From a virus (lineage: Duplodnaviria > Heunggongvirae > Uroviricota > Caudoviricetes): 33,575 bases of DNA. The stretch lies in IMG/VR virus record IMGVR_UViG_637000261_000005. One strand, given 5' to 3'. Under the pieces are notes generated by a model. It saw only the letters and a list, made by a program, of their open reading frames with translations. It made no database searches and was not told the origin of the DNA. Both the position numbers and the translations under genes were made by a program. Below are positions 1 to 8,924 of the stretch, piece after piece (the stretch's first letter is position 1; every line of letters starts with the position of its first letter).

Positions 1-141
1 TTACTGCTTACACTGTAAGAACGCCGCAAACTCCGCTCCCCAGAAGCTCATCCGTATTTCGCACAGCGAACCGTGCAGCATCCAGATGATGAGGATTGCC
101 GTCACGCAGAACGTGATGGCCGTAAGCGATTTTTGCGACAT
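1..141 (-). CDS. Hok/Gef-family type I toxin (46 aa)
   Basis: Translates to MSQKSLTAITFCVTAILIIWMLHGSLCEIRMSFWGAEFAAFLQCKQ: a single hydrophobic helix followed by the SLCE..EFAAFL.CK pattern typical of Hok/HokA-like peptides. The mok/sok-type leader would lie in 142-400. Confidence 0.55.
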   Translation of the reverse strand: MSQKSLTAITFCVTAILIIWMLHGSLCEIRMSFWGAEFAAFLQCKQ

Positions 142-479
142 AGCGCTTGCTCCTTTTTCGGGGAGGCGCTAACCTATCACTTGCTTAGGGTAGACGGTTA
201 GGGCCTCGGTTAAACAAAAATGTTTTCCGGGGCCTTTCCACATCTGGCCTTCAGGTATTCCCTCCGACCATCAGCCGAAAGGCACCCGCGCGTAATCTAT
301 CGCTTTTTTGTTACTCCGGCAATTCTGCTCGTTAATTCTGAGGTAAGGGCAAACTCATCTGATTGTTTCCTCTGTGTGAAGTTGGCAGTTCATGCCACGG
401 TAGACTGGCCCCCTGAATCTCCAGACAACCAGTATCACTTAAATAAGTGATAGTCTAAAAACTAGTCATTGGAGTACAG

Positions 480-845
480 ATGATTGATGTCTTAGGGCCG
501 GAGAAACGCAGACGGCGTACCACACAGGAAAGGATCGCAATTGTTCAGCAGAGCTTTGAACCGGGGATGACGGTCTCCCTCGTTGCCCGGCAACATGGTG
601 TAGCAGCCAGCCAGTTATTTCTCTGGCGTAAGCAATACCAGGAAGGAAGTCTTACTGCTGTGGCCGCCGGAGAACAGGTTGTTCCTGCCTCTGAACTTGC
701 TGCCGCCATGAAGCAGATTAAAGAACTCCTGCGCCTGCTCGGCAAGAAAACGATGGAAAATGAACTCCTCAAAGAAGCCGTTGAATATGGACGGGCAAAA
801 AAGTGGATAGCGCACGCGCCCTTATTGCCCGGGGATGGGGAGTAA
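480..845 (+). CDS. insC: IS2 transposase OrfA (InsC)
   Basis: 121 aa [30 protein letters not shown]..., recognised as IS2 InsC. An A6G slippery motif at about 797-803 supports the -1 frameshift into insD. Confidence 0.9.
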   Translation: MIDVLGPEKRRRRTTQERIAIVQQSFEPGMTVSLVARQHGVAASQLFLWRKQYQEGSLTAVAAGEQVVPASELAAAMKQIKELLRLLGKKTMENELLKEAVEYGRAKKWIAHAPLLPGDGE

Positions 846-1708
846 GCTTAGTCAGCCGTTGTCTCCGGGTGTCGCGTGCGCAGTTGCACGTCATTCTCAG
901 ACGAACCGATGACTGGATGGATGGCCGCCGCAGTCGTCACACTGATGATACGGATGTGCTTCTCCGTATACACCATGTTATCGGAGAGCTGCCCACGTAT
1001 GGTTATCGTCGGGTATGGGCGCTGCTTCGCAGACAGGCAGAACTTGATGGTATGCCAGCGATCAATGCCAAACGTGTTTACCGGATCATGCGCCAGAATG
1101 CGCTGTTGCTTGAGCGAAAGCCTGCTGTACCGCCATCGAAACGGGCACATACAGGCAGAGTGGCCGTGAAAGAAAGCAATCAGCGATGGTGCTCTGACGG
1201 GTTCGAGTTCTGCTGTGATAACGGAGAGAGACTGCGTGTCACGTTCGCGCTGGACTGCTGTGATCGTGAGGCACTGCACTGGGCGGTGACTACCGGCGGC
1301 TTCAACAGTGAAACAGTACTGGACGTCATGCTGGGTGCGGTGGAACGCCGCTTCGGCAACGATCTTCCGTCGTCTCCAGTGGAGTGGCTGACGGATAATG
1401 GTTCATGCTACCGGGCTAATGAAACACGCCAGTTCGCCCGGATGTTGGGACTTGAACCGAAGAACACGGCGGTGCGGAGTCCGGAGAGTAACGGAATAGC
1501 AGAGAGCTTCGTGAAAACGATAAAGCGTGACTACATCAGTATCATGCCCAAACCAGACGGGTTAACGGCAGCAAAGAACCTTGCAGAGGCGTTCGAGCAT
1601 TATAACGAATGGCATCCGCATAGTGCGCTGGGTTATCGCTCGCCACGGGAATATCTGCGGCAGCGGGCTTGTAATGGGTTAAGTGATAACAGATGTCTGG
1701 AAATATAG
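803..1708 (+). CDS. insD: IS2 transposase OrfB (InsD), DDE integrase domain
   Basis: 301 aa, recognised as IS2 InsD (…[19 protein letters not shown]…[47 protein letters not shown]…). Confidence 0.9.
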   Translation: MDSARALIARGWGVSLVSRCLRVSRAQLHVILRRTDDWMDGRRSRHTDDTDVLLRIHHVIGELPTYGYRRVWALLRRQAELDGMPAINAKRVYRIMRQNALLLERKPAVPPSKRAHTGRVAVKESNQRWCSDGFEFCCDNGERLRVTFALDCCDREALHWAVTTGGFNSETVLDVMLGAVERRFGNDLPSSPVEWLTDNGSCYRANETRQFARMLGLEPKNTAVRSPESNGIAESFVKTIKRDYISIMPKPDGLTAAKNLAEAFEHYNEWHPHSALGYRSPREYLRQRACNGLSDNRCLEI

Positions 1709-1719
1709 GGGCAAATCCA

Positions 1720-1915
1720 ACGGGATGCCCTCTGATGAGTGAATGGGGGAGGCGTGCTTTGAAGTGAATTTGTGGAAGGCTTCCAGTGTTGAGAAACATA
1801 CGCCGCATTCTAGATTGTTACACTGATAATACTTTTGTCTCACGGTGTTTGAATCATTTTCCGGACGACTGGTGCGGATACGGGCAGATGCGCCACAAAG
1901 CGGACAACGGAACAT
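1720..1915 (-). pseudogene. ogr: Ogr/Delta-family zinc-finger late-gene activator, 3' end interrupted by IS2
   Basis: MFRCPLCGASARIRTSR…YYQCNNLECGVCFSTLEAF matches the P2 Ogr CxxC…CxxC zinc-finger pattern. The ORF reads through into the IS2 right end, so the tail [13 protein letters not shown] is IS-derived. RBS AGAGAGG and a TTTAAA-N17-TAGAAT promoter-like element lie upstream at about 1920-1990. Confidence 0.6.
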
Positions 1916-2010
1916 AGCGACCTCTCTTATTGTAGTGCTTACACTATTCTAGGTTGTATTCTCTAAGATTTAAACATGACTTTCTCTATATAATGATTTT
2001 TAGCATTAGT

Positions 2011-2042
2011 TAATAAACGAACGGCACTCTAAGGAGCGCCGT
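2011..2042 (-). terminator. Rho-independent terminator downstream of the 1039-aa gene
   Basis: Minus-strand RNA forms a 9-bp stem (ACGGCGCUC / GAGUGCCGU with one G·U pair) around loop CUUA, followed by UCGUUUAUU. Confidence 0.4.
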
Positions 2043-2050
2043 CAAAGATA

Positions 2051-5000
2051 TTATTCTGATGTCACTCTTTGCGAGTGAGCTATTTTTAAATCAGCGTTTC
2101 CTTCAAATACTATATTCAACTCATAGTTAAGAGTTAGCTTGAATTTATCTGAGTCACTTTTGATATTCTCTGAAGTGACATTTACTAACTTATTATTATC
2201 ATATTCTCTAATAATTAATTTAGTGAAGTAGTTATCCTTTACCACAAGAGAAAATGGTTGATTAACAAATGGTAAGAAGTAAACCTTACGGGTACCGGAT
2301 TCAGTAGTTATGTTCATAGAGCCATCATCATTTTTTCTCATTAGTTCTCTGAGGTTGGGATTATCGAAAAGCATACGATTATATTGCTGAAAGATCTCTT
2401 TACTCATCACAAGAACCAGTTTGCCAGCCAAGTCAGCAGATGATTTTATGTGATCAATCAACATATTGAAATCTTCTATTACGGTATGTTGCGAACAGCC
2501 AGTGCTAAATAAATTTGAAAGTATTATTCTCTGGATGTCCTTGAGAATTAAGTCTGCTTGAATATCACCTTCATTGATATAAGGGATGGATTCTATTCCT
2601 TCGGCATACGGTTCTTTATCTATCTTAATAGATATCTTATGTTTTGTGAAACAATCGCTAGCCTGCTTAAAATCAATAGATTTGAAAAGTGAAAGAGGGA
2701 GCGTTTTCTTGATGCGTTTACGAAGATGTTCTGATGTTTTACGTGCAGTGCTATCTAGTCGATGTACATCTATGGCAGCATCCTGAAGTCTCATATCAAG
2801 ATCTTTCTTTAGCATGTTAATATGCTCTTGAAGCAACTTTCTTAAGTTTTCTTTTTTTGTTTGGAGATCGTCCAATGTTAAAGTCAGCTTGATTTTAGTG
2901 TATTCGATGGAGTTACAAATTTTTGATAATACTCCAATGAGTCGTTGCTTCTCACGATATGTTATATAGTTGTTTTCTATTGCTTCTTTTATTTCTTTTG
3001 ATACGCTATCGTTCTTTTTAGAAAAAATTAATAATAGCTGAACCCATGATTGTTCCATATCAATAAATCCACAGTCAAAAACATTACTGTAAACTCTGCC
3101 CATCACCATGTCTGTTTTATCATAGTCACGTAAACGCCTTGCTAAACTATTCATCCACCCATTGTGCTCCATATTTTCAGACCATGTCCACAGGCAGATT
3201 CTAATTAATATCTTGATTAGTTGGCTTGCATTATCAATTTCTTCAGTGGGAGTTTCATATCCACCGGTTTGGTCAATAAGTTTACCCTCTAAAATAAGTT
3301 TAATGTAATGTGTCATTAGTTTGTCAGAAGTATTGATTCTTGATGTCAGATAAAGACATGTGCATATACGCATGTCAGTCAACGCATTTATGATGGCAAT
3401 ATTGAACCACTCTCTGTCTGAATTGAAGTTTAGTTTTTTGGATATGAAAAAACCCGGGTTAAAAAGCTGGCCTTTGTAACTGTATTTTTCTACCGAATGG
3501 CTGTCAATATTCATTGAGTGCTGCCATCGGTTAATAAGATCGACGGCTGTATCAATAGTAGAAGGATCGCGAGTCTGTGTTGCATCAATAATCATCGATG
3601 GAAGTTCTTGTAGTTGCGTTTTGCAAAATAATTCAAATAAATCTGAATTCTCTGTATTGCAGAAACGAAAGTTTATGCTTTCTTGATATTGCTCCCAAAC
3701 AGTGATATAGGTTCTTAATATACGATTATAACGTGAACGAAGCGAGGCATTTAAGAGTGATTGGTTGTTTCGGAACCATTCTGTTAATATTGACCATTGT
3801 GAACGAGTAATTCCCATATAGATACAAAGTTCATTGCTGATAAGATGTTTTCTATTATTGATAATACGCACTCCGCTCCAAAGACATAATTCAAAAAATC
3901 TTTCAGAAAGATTAATTTTATCCATGGAATTATTTGATATTTTATAAACTTCATCTGAAAACTCATATTGAAAACTCCGTTCAAATAATTCTGTAGTGAT
4001 CAGTAAGAAGTTATTGTTGGTATTATCATCTTGAAAAAAATACAAATCGCAGAGATTATTAAAGTTATTAATTAATGCAGAGATAGCATTGTCAAAACTA
4101 ATGAGATCAGAATCCCGCAGATACATATACGTATCTGCTGTTATAGCCTGCATTGTAAGACTTACGGAAAAATCTCCTCCTTTAATCGGAGCCCTATAAA
4201 AACATTGCTTAAGTATTTTTATTAATAAGCTGTCTGGTTTGATATTTTTAACGCTAAAAAGTATCTTACCCGTGGATTCTGTTTCTTTTGTACGATTATC
4301 ACCAATGACAAATGACGCAAAATGATTCTTCTTTTTTAGTTGGTAATTAATAAGATTAAGAGTAAGTTGAAAAGGACGGTGATATAAACTTAACTCATCT
4401 TCCTTAGAATAACTGCTAGCCACAGATATGTATTCTCCTTTGTAATCGGCTTGCGTGATTTCTAAATTTGAATAGTTATGTTTTTGATAGATAGGGTATA
4501 ACCTAAGCTTGGCTGAGATTTTGTTACAAATATGGGGCATTACTATTTCGAAGGCAATGTATCGCTTTATAATTATTTGCCGTTTTACATCATCAAGAAT
4601 TTCAAGACTCACGATAAAGAACCAAATAGAAAGAACTATGTTTATCAAAAGCCATAATATGCTGATTAGACAAGCTATACCATAAAGATAACTTCCAAAG
4701 ACAGTTTTAATTAGTACACTGAGAAGTATAAATCCTGATAAGAAAAGCCCGCTGAGTCCAGCAAGCATGAATCCTGAGTAACGCTGATAAGCAGTTTGGG
4801 CTATTTTTCTATCTGCCTTTTTTTGGAATAAGACACTTACTAAACCTATAACAAGGGGGTATACAATACCAATAATTGTCAATTGGCCACTTAAAATGGT
4901 TGTTTGCCATTCGGTTAATGAATGCCTAAACGGGAAATAATGTAAAAGATTATTTTTTATAAATAATTCGTTTAAATATCCAACATAAAGTAGTACAAAT

Positions 5001-5170
5001 GAAAAAGCTGATATGCAAAGTACTGATTTAACCGGTGAGGATGTTAATCTTATGATGTTTTTTTCAATAAAATTCCATTTTAAATTCGAATAAAATGGAT
5101 TTTTAACCATTTTATTACGAACATAGTTCTTTGCTAAAATCTCTGTTGCACTTAAAAATTGTCCAATCAT
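2051..5170 (-). CDS. Large (1039 aa) membrane-anchored protein of unknown function; candidate phage-defence/abortive-infection cargo
   Basis: A single uninterrupted ORF in a strongly AT-rich island. Four to five hydrophobic helices lie in about residues 48-200 (VLCISAFSFVLLYVGYL; LTIIGIVYPLVIGLVSVLF; FMLAGLSGLFLSGFILLSVLI; YGIACLISILWLLINIVLSIWFFIVSL), then about 840 aa of N/K/I-rich soluble sequence. I see no Walker A, RT, HNH or other recognisable motif. It has the same orientation as D and ogr. Confidence 0.7.
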   Translation of the reverse strand: MIGQFLSATEILAKNYVRNKMVKNPFYSNLKWNFIEKNIIRLTSSPVKSVLCISAFSFVLLYVGYLNELFIKNNLLHYFPFRHSLTEWQTTILSGQLTIIGIVYPLVIGLVSVLFQKKADRKIAQTAYQRYSGFMLAGLSGLFLSGFILLSVLIKTVFGSYLYGIACLISILWLLINIVLSIWFFIVSLEILDDVKRQIIIKRYIAFEIVMPHICNKISAKLRLYPIYQKHNYSNLEITQADYKGEYISVASSYSKEDELSLYHRPFQLTLNLINYQLKKKNHFASFVIGDNRTKETESTGKILFSVKNIKPDSLLIKILKQCFYRAPIKGGDFSVSLTMQAITADTYMYLRDSDLISFDNAISALINNFNNLCDLYFFQDDNTNNNFLLITTELFERSFQYEFSDEVYKISNNSMDKINLSERFFELCLWSGVRIINNRKHLISNELCIYMGITRSQWSILTEWFRNNQSLLNASLRSRYNRILRTYITVWEQYQESINFRFCNTENSDLFELFCKTQLQELPSMIIDATQTRDPSTIDTAVDLINRWQHSMNIDSHSVEKYSYKGQLFNPGFFISKKLNFNSDREWFNIAIINALTDMRICTCLYLTSRINTSDKLMTHYIKLILEGKLIDQTGGYETPTEEIDNASQLIKILIRICLWTWSENMEHNGWMNSLARRLRDYDKTDMVMGRVYSNVFDCGFIDMEQSWVQLLLIFSKKNDSVSKEIKEAIENNYITYREKQRLIGVLSKICNSIEYTKIKLTLTLDDLQTKKENLRKLLQEHINMLKKDLDMRLQDAAIDVHRLDSTARKTSEHLRKRIKKTLPLSLFKSIDFKQASDCFTKHKISIKIDKEPYAEGIESIPYINEGDIQADLILKDIQRIILSNLFSTGCSQHTVIEDFNMLIDHIKSSADLAGKLVLVMSKEIFQQYNRMLFDNPNLRELMRKNDDGSMNITTESGTRKVYFLPFVNQPFSLVVKDNYFTKLIIREYDNNKLVNVTSENIKSDSDKFKLTLNYELNIVFEGNADLKIAHSQRVTSE

Positions 5171-5260
5171 GAATTACTCTTCTATAAAGTGTGGGTCTAC
5201 TAACTAAACTGGAACTTTTACTATTGAGTCATATTCCCTTGGACGGGATGGACTGTGAAG

Positions 5261-5266
5261 ATTATA
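5261..5266 (-). promoter_or_regulatory. Candidate sigma70 -10 hexamer (TATAAT on minus strand) about 90 bp upstream of the 1039-aa ORF
   Basis: The plus strand reads ATTATA at 5261-5266; there is no convincing -35. The position is approximate. Confidence 0.2.
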
Positions 5267-5418
5267 CTTGACTTCCTCTGTCATGTGGGAAAAACATCCG
5301 TATTATTGTTAGCATCTGGTTGATGCCCCAACCTCTGACATCTAGTGGGCTGATACATTATCTTTTGTTCTTACTGTCAGTGTAGAAGCACATCTCAAAA
5401 ATAATATTTTTAAGAGAT

Positions 5419-6528
5419 TTATTCTGTTTCTGCTATCCATTCCGGGATTTTTGCTTCAAGTTCAAGCTGCGTGGTAAAGCCGCTGTTATCAATGGTGTGC
5501 TCGGCTTTTGCAATAGTCCAGTCCTGATAATCAATCTCGCTTTTAAAGCCTGTCACTGTGCCATGCATTTCGGGATAGAGTTCTGCACGACCACGCGCCA
5601 GCGTGATGGAGAATGATGCGGCTCCGCGTTGTAGCTGCTGCCACTTTGCCGCCGCTGCGCGTCTTGCTGCCTGCTCGTTCTGATAAGTCTTGCGTAACAC
5701 AAACACGTTGCCTTCCGCACCTTCCATATAGTCGCCTTCCCGACTGCTGCTTTTCTCCTTTTTGGGTTTTGGCGGTTTGCGGCGTTTCACGCTGACTTTT
5801 TTCTTTTTCCCGTAATTAAGATCAAGCCAGTAGGCGCGTACCCCCGTATACGCCTCGCGGTCAGCAATGCGGAACTGATGGCGATCGCCGCTGCTGCGTG
5901 TAATGGCGAACGAGGGCAACGGCTGCCCCTGTGCGTTCACGCCACCACCTGGCATGATGAATAACAGATTGCCGCTTTTTACCGTGGCGATTGCTCCCAG
6001 CATTTCCGCCATGCGCGTAAGAAAGGACATGTCGCTTTCTTCGGTCTGGTCGGCGTGGTCGATTTCGATATCCATCAGCATTTCGCTGATTTGCGGTTTC
6101 AGACCGTACCGATGAGTGATGGCGGATACCACACGCTCAACGGTCACATCATGCCAGGACACCTCACGTTTAACGTTAAATTCATCCCGAAAATCTGCGC
6201 TTCTGGCTGAAACAGTCAGCCTGTCCGGCGGTCCTTCGTGAGCGATTTCATCAACAATGTAAGTGCCTTTTTCTGTCAGCGGTTCCCCTTTCCAGCCAAT
6301 GAGAACCGTCAGACGCGCGCCCCGTGGCGGTAGCTGCAACTGACCATCCGCATCATCCAGCGTGATGGTGAGCTGGTCCGCCTCAAATCCCCGGTTGTCG
6401 GTCAGTTACAGGCTCATCAGGCGCTCCGCCACGCCTGACAGCGTTTTACCCTCCGAGAGAATATCAAAATCCGGCATTTTCACGGGGGCCGTGCCCTGAC
6501 TGAGCAATTGCATGGTGGTGTCGGTCAT
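5419..6528 (-). pseudogene. D: P2 gpD-like tail protein, interrupted by an in-frame TAA at 6406-6408
   Basis: The N-terminal ORF (MTDTTMQLLSQGTAPVKMPDFDILSEGKTLSGVAERLMSL*) and the 306-aa ORF are in the same frame. They are separated only by TAA (plus strand TTA at 6406-6408), and the reading frame is open on both sides. RBS GGGAGGGA lies before the ATG at 6528. The C-terminal part resembles P2 D (…VLIGWKGEPL…GTYIVDEI…). Confidence 0.8.
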
Positions 6529-6685
6529 CTGCTCCCTCCCTGTGCGGCATGGTCGCATGTGCGTGCGGAGGGGGTTACTGCTTTTTGTTGTCGCCGTGGC
6601 GGGAGAACGGCGCAGGGGTGAGATTACGCGCGTGGTGGGTGATGATTGTTGCTGAATCATTTAACGGATACAAGGGGCTGAAGCT

Positions 6686-7870
6686 ATGAGTGAAACTCGT
6701 TTTCATGGTGCCCGTGTTACGGAGAATACCGACCTGGTAACAGCGATTAACGATGTTGATTCCAGCGTTATCGGTATCGTGGCAACGGCGGATGATGCGG
6801 ACGCGAAGCTGTTCCCGCTGAACAAGCCCACACTGCTGACCCGCGTCAATGACGTGCTGGGAAAATGCGGGACAACGGGGACGCTTTATCGTGCGCTTAA
6901 GGCCATCGCAGACCAGGTGAGCACAAAGGTGATCGTCGTTCGCGTGGCTGAACACAAAGAAGAAGACGGAAAGACGCAGGATCAACTGGTTATCGGTGGT
7001 TCTGAGGATGACGGCAGCTATACGGGGATGTATGCGCTGCTTGTTGCAGAGCAGGATGAAAGCATCGGATACCGTCCGCGTATTCTGGCCGCGCCGGAGC
7101 TGGACACGGAGGCGGTAACAAAATCCCTGTGCGTGATTGCAGATAAACTGCGCGCGTTTGTGTATGCCTCATGTCATGGCTGTAACACGATGGCCGAGGC
7201 AATTACCTACCGCCAGAAATTCAACGAACGTGAGGTGATGCTCTTATGGCCGGACTTCATCGCCTACAACCCGAAAAATGGCAAAAACGAAACGTTCCCC
7301 GCGCCTGCCTATGCGTGCGGCCTTCGTGCGTACATTGACCATGAACAGGGATGGCACAAATCGCTGTCCAACGTTCCGGTTAAAAATGTGCTGGGGATGT
7401 CGAGGCATGTGTTCTGGTCGTTGCAGGCCGAAGACAGCGATGCCAACAGCCTCAACGACAAAGAAATCACGACCATTATTCGTCGCAACGGGTTCCGCTT
7501 CTGGGGTAACCGCACACCGGAAACGAACGCCTACATCTTTGAGGTGTATACCCGAACCGCACAGGTGCTGGCTGATTCAATTGCGGAAGCGCAGTTTGAA
7601 ACCATCGACAGTCCACTGACGCCTGCGAATGTGAAGGATGTTATCAGTGCCATCAGGGCAAAACTGGATTCACTGGTGACTGCCGGGAAACTGATTGGCG
7701 CGGAGTGCTGGTATGACGTGGTGGATAACAGCACCACGGATTTACGTCAGGGACGTGTGCGTATTCGCTACAAATATACGCCCGTTCCGCCACTGGAAGA
7801 CATGGAGCTTTACCAGACGTTTACTGATGAATACTTTGAACCCGCATTTGCGGTGCTGGGAGGTGCCTGA
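6686..7870 (+). CDS. FI: Tail sheath protein (P2 gpFI-like)
   Basis: 394 aa with the contractile-sheath family pattern (…NPKNGKNETFPAPAYACGLRAYIDHEQGWHKSLSNVPVKNV…RNGFRFWGNRT…). RBS AAGGGG. Its stop overlaps the FII start (ATGA). Confidence 0.9.
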   Translation: MSETRFHGARVTENTDLVTAINDVDSSVIGIVATADDADAKLFPLNKPTLLTRVNDVLGKCGTTGTLYRALKAIADQVSTKVIVVRVAEHKEEDGKTQDQLVIGGSEDDGSYTGMYALLVAEQDESIGYRPRILAAPELDTEAVTKSLCVIADKLRAFVYASCHGCNTMAEAITYRQKFNEREVMLLWPDFIAYNPKNGKNETFPAPAYACGLRAYIDHEQGWHKSLSNVPVKNVLGMSRHVFWSLQAEDSDANSLNDKEITTIIRRNGFRFWGNRTPETNAYIFEVYTRTAQVLADSIAEAQFETIDSPLTPANVKDVISAIRAKLDSLVTAGKLIGAECWYDVVDNSTTDLRQGRVRIRYKYTPVPPLEDMELYQTFTDEYFEPAFAVLGGA

Positions 7871-8380
7871 TGGCTGTGCCAAAACATCTTCGCTTTTTTA
7901 CGCTGTTTGTGGATGGTGAAAACGAAGTGGGTAATGTGACGTCCGTCACTCTGCCTAAGCTGACGCGCAAAACCGACAGCTACCGGGGTGGTGGCATGAT
8001 GGGTGCGGTAAGTATTGATCTCGGTCTGGACGACTCCGCGCTTGATGCGAGCTTTGTCATGGGGGCGCAGTTCGTGAGCTGTTCCTTAAGTATGGCGGCA
8101 CGATTGACGGCACGCTGCTGCGTTTTGCGGGTGAATACTACACCGATGCAGAAAGCGACCTGTATGAAGTCGAAATGCGCGGACGTGTGACGGAAATTGA
8201 TATGGGGGAAGCCAAACAGGGCGAAGCCACATCACACACTTACGCCATTAAAACACCTACTACAAGCTGAGTGTTAACGATCGCCCGTTGTGGGAGATTG
8301 ACCTGCTGAACTTCATTTACCGGAAGGACGGCAAGGACATTGTGCCCGATCGCATCCGTTCCGCGCTTGGGCTTGGCTGA
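7870..8380 (+). pseudogene. FII: Tail tube protein (P2 gpFII-like) with two frame disruptions
   Basis: Frame 1 (MAVPKHLRFFTLFVDGENEVGNVTSVTLPKLTRKTDSYRGGGMMGAVSIDLGLDDSALDASFVMGAQF) runs to about 8072. It continues in another frame (RELFLKYGGTIDGTLLRFAGEYYTDAESDLYEVEMRGRVTEIDMGEAKQGEATSHTYAIKTP) to about 8257, then in a third frame (YYKLSVNDRPLWEIDLLNFIYRKDGKDIVPDRIRSALGLG*) to 8380. All three pieces resemble P2 FII. Both breaks look like 1-bp deletions (TTCGTG for TTCCGTG; ACACCTAC for ACACCCTAC). Confidence 0.8.
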
Positions 8381-8435
8381 TAAGTAATATGCTGGCGGCG
8401 CAGTGCGTCGCCTCTGACTGAAAAGGAGACAACAG

Positions 8436-8810
8436 ATGAAAGACATCGATACTGAAACCCGGAATAACACCGTGGCGGATAATGTGACGGCAGTTGAGGA
8501 TATGGCTGTCGAACGTGGCGTAAAACTGACCCGACCAATTGAGCGTGGTGCCGAAAAAATCACGTATGTGGAGATCACCGGGGCTATTGAGCAGGCTGGA
8601 TCCCTGCGTGGTCTGTCGCTGTCTGATGTGCTGAATCTGAAAGCGGATACCATGTTCACGCTGTTGCCTCGCGTGACCTCGCCACGACTGGATGAAGTGA
8701 TGATTAAAAAAATGTCGTCACGCGATTTTATTCAGTTGTGCGCTGTGGCTGTAAATTTTATGAGCGAGCCAGACTCTGGCGCGAAGAGCGTGCAGGAGAC
8801 GGCAGCGTAA
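8436..8810 (+). CDS. E: Tail assembly chaperone (P2 gpE-like)
   Basis: 124-aa ORF with RBS AAGGAG, in the conserved position between the tube and tape-measure genes. Confidence 0.7.
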   Translation: MKDIDTETRNNTVADNVTAVEDMAVERGVKLTRPIERGAEKITYVEITGAIEQAGSLRGLSLSDVLNLKADTMFTLLPRVTSPRLDEVMIKKMSSRDFIQLCAVAVNFMSEPDSGAKSVQETAA

Positions 8811-8923
8811 TCACCCTGGTGTGCTTTGAGCACATCGAAGATCTGGTGGCGGATATTGCCGCCATTTTTAACTGGTCGCCCGCCGAAATCTTCATGATGA
8901 CGCCCGGCGAAGTGGTTAGCTGA
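8436..8923 (+). CDS. E': E+E' extended chaperone made by programmed -1 frameshift
   Basis: The -1 frame is open from 8708 to the TGA at 8921-8923, overlapping the E 3' end. An A7 run at 8706-8712 sits exactly at the start of the overlap and is the likely slippery site. This arrangement is conserved in P2-like phages. Confidence 0.5.
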
Positions 8924-8924
8924 C

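Larger units (their letters stand above)
401..1719 (+). mobile_element. IS2: IS2 insertion sequence (complete, 1319 bp)
   Basis: Left end TAGACTGGCCCCCTGAATCTCCAGACAACC at 401; right end GGAAATATAGGGGCAAATCCA ending at 1719; it encodes InsC and InsD. It is about 12 bp shorter than the canonical 1331 bp, apparently near the left end. Confidence 0.9.

Noticed and set aside
220-450. 76-aa plus-strand ORF between hok and IS2
   Set aside because: It has no RBS and lies in the expected mok/sok leader antisense region. It also runs into the IS2 left end. It is most likely a spurious ORF.
1679-1915. Shared C-terminal peptide [12 protein letters not shown] in the ogr-like ORF and the 31678-31917 ORF, considered as a conserved domain
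   Set aside because: Both simply read into the IS2 right inverted repeat in an open frame. It is an artefact of the insertion, not homology between the two genes.
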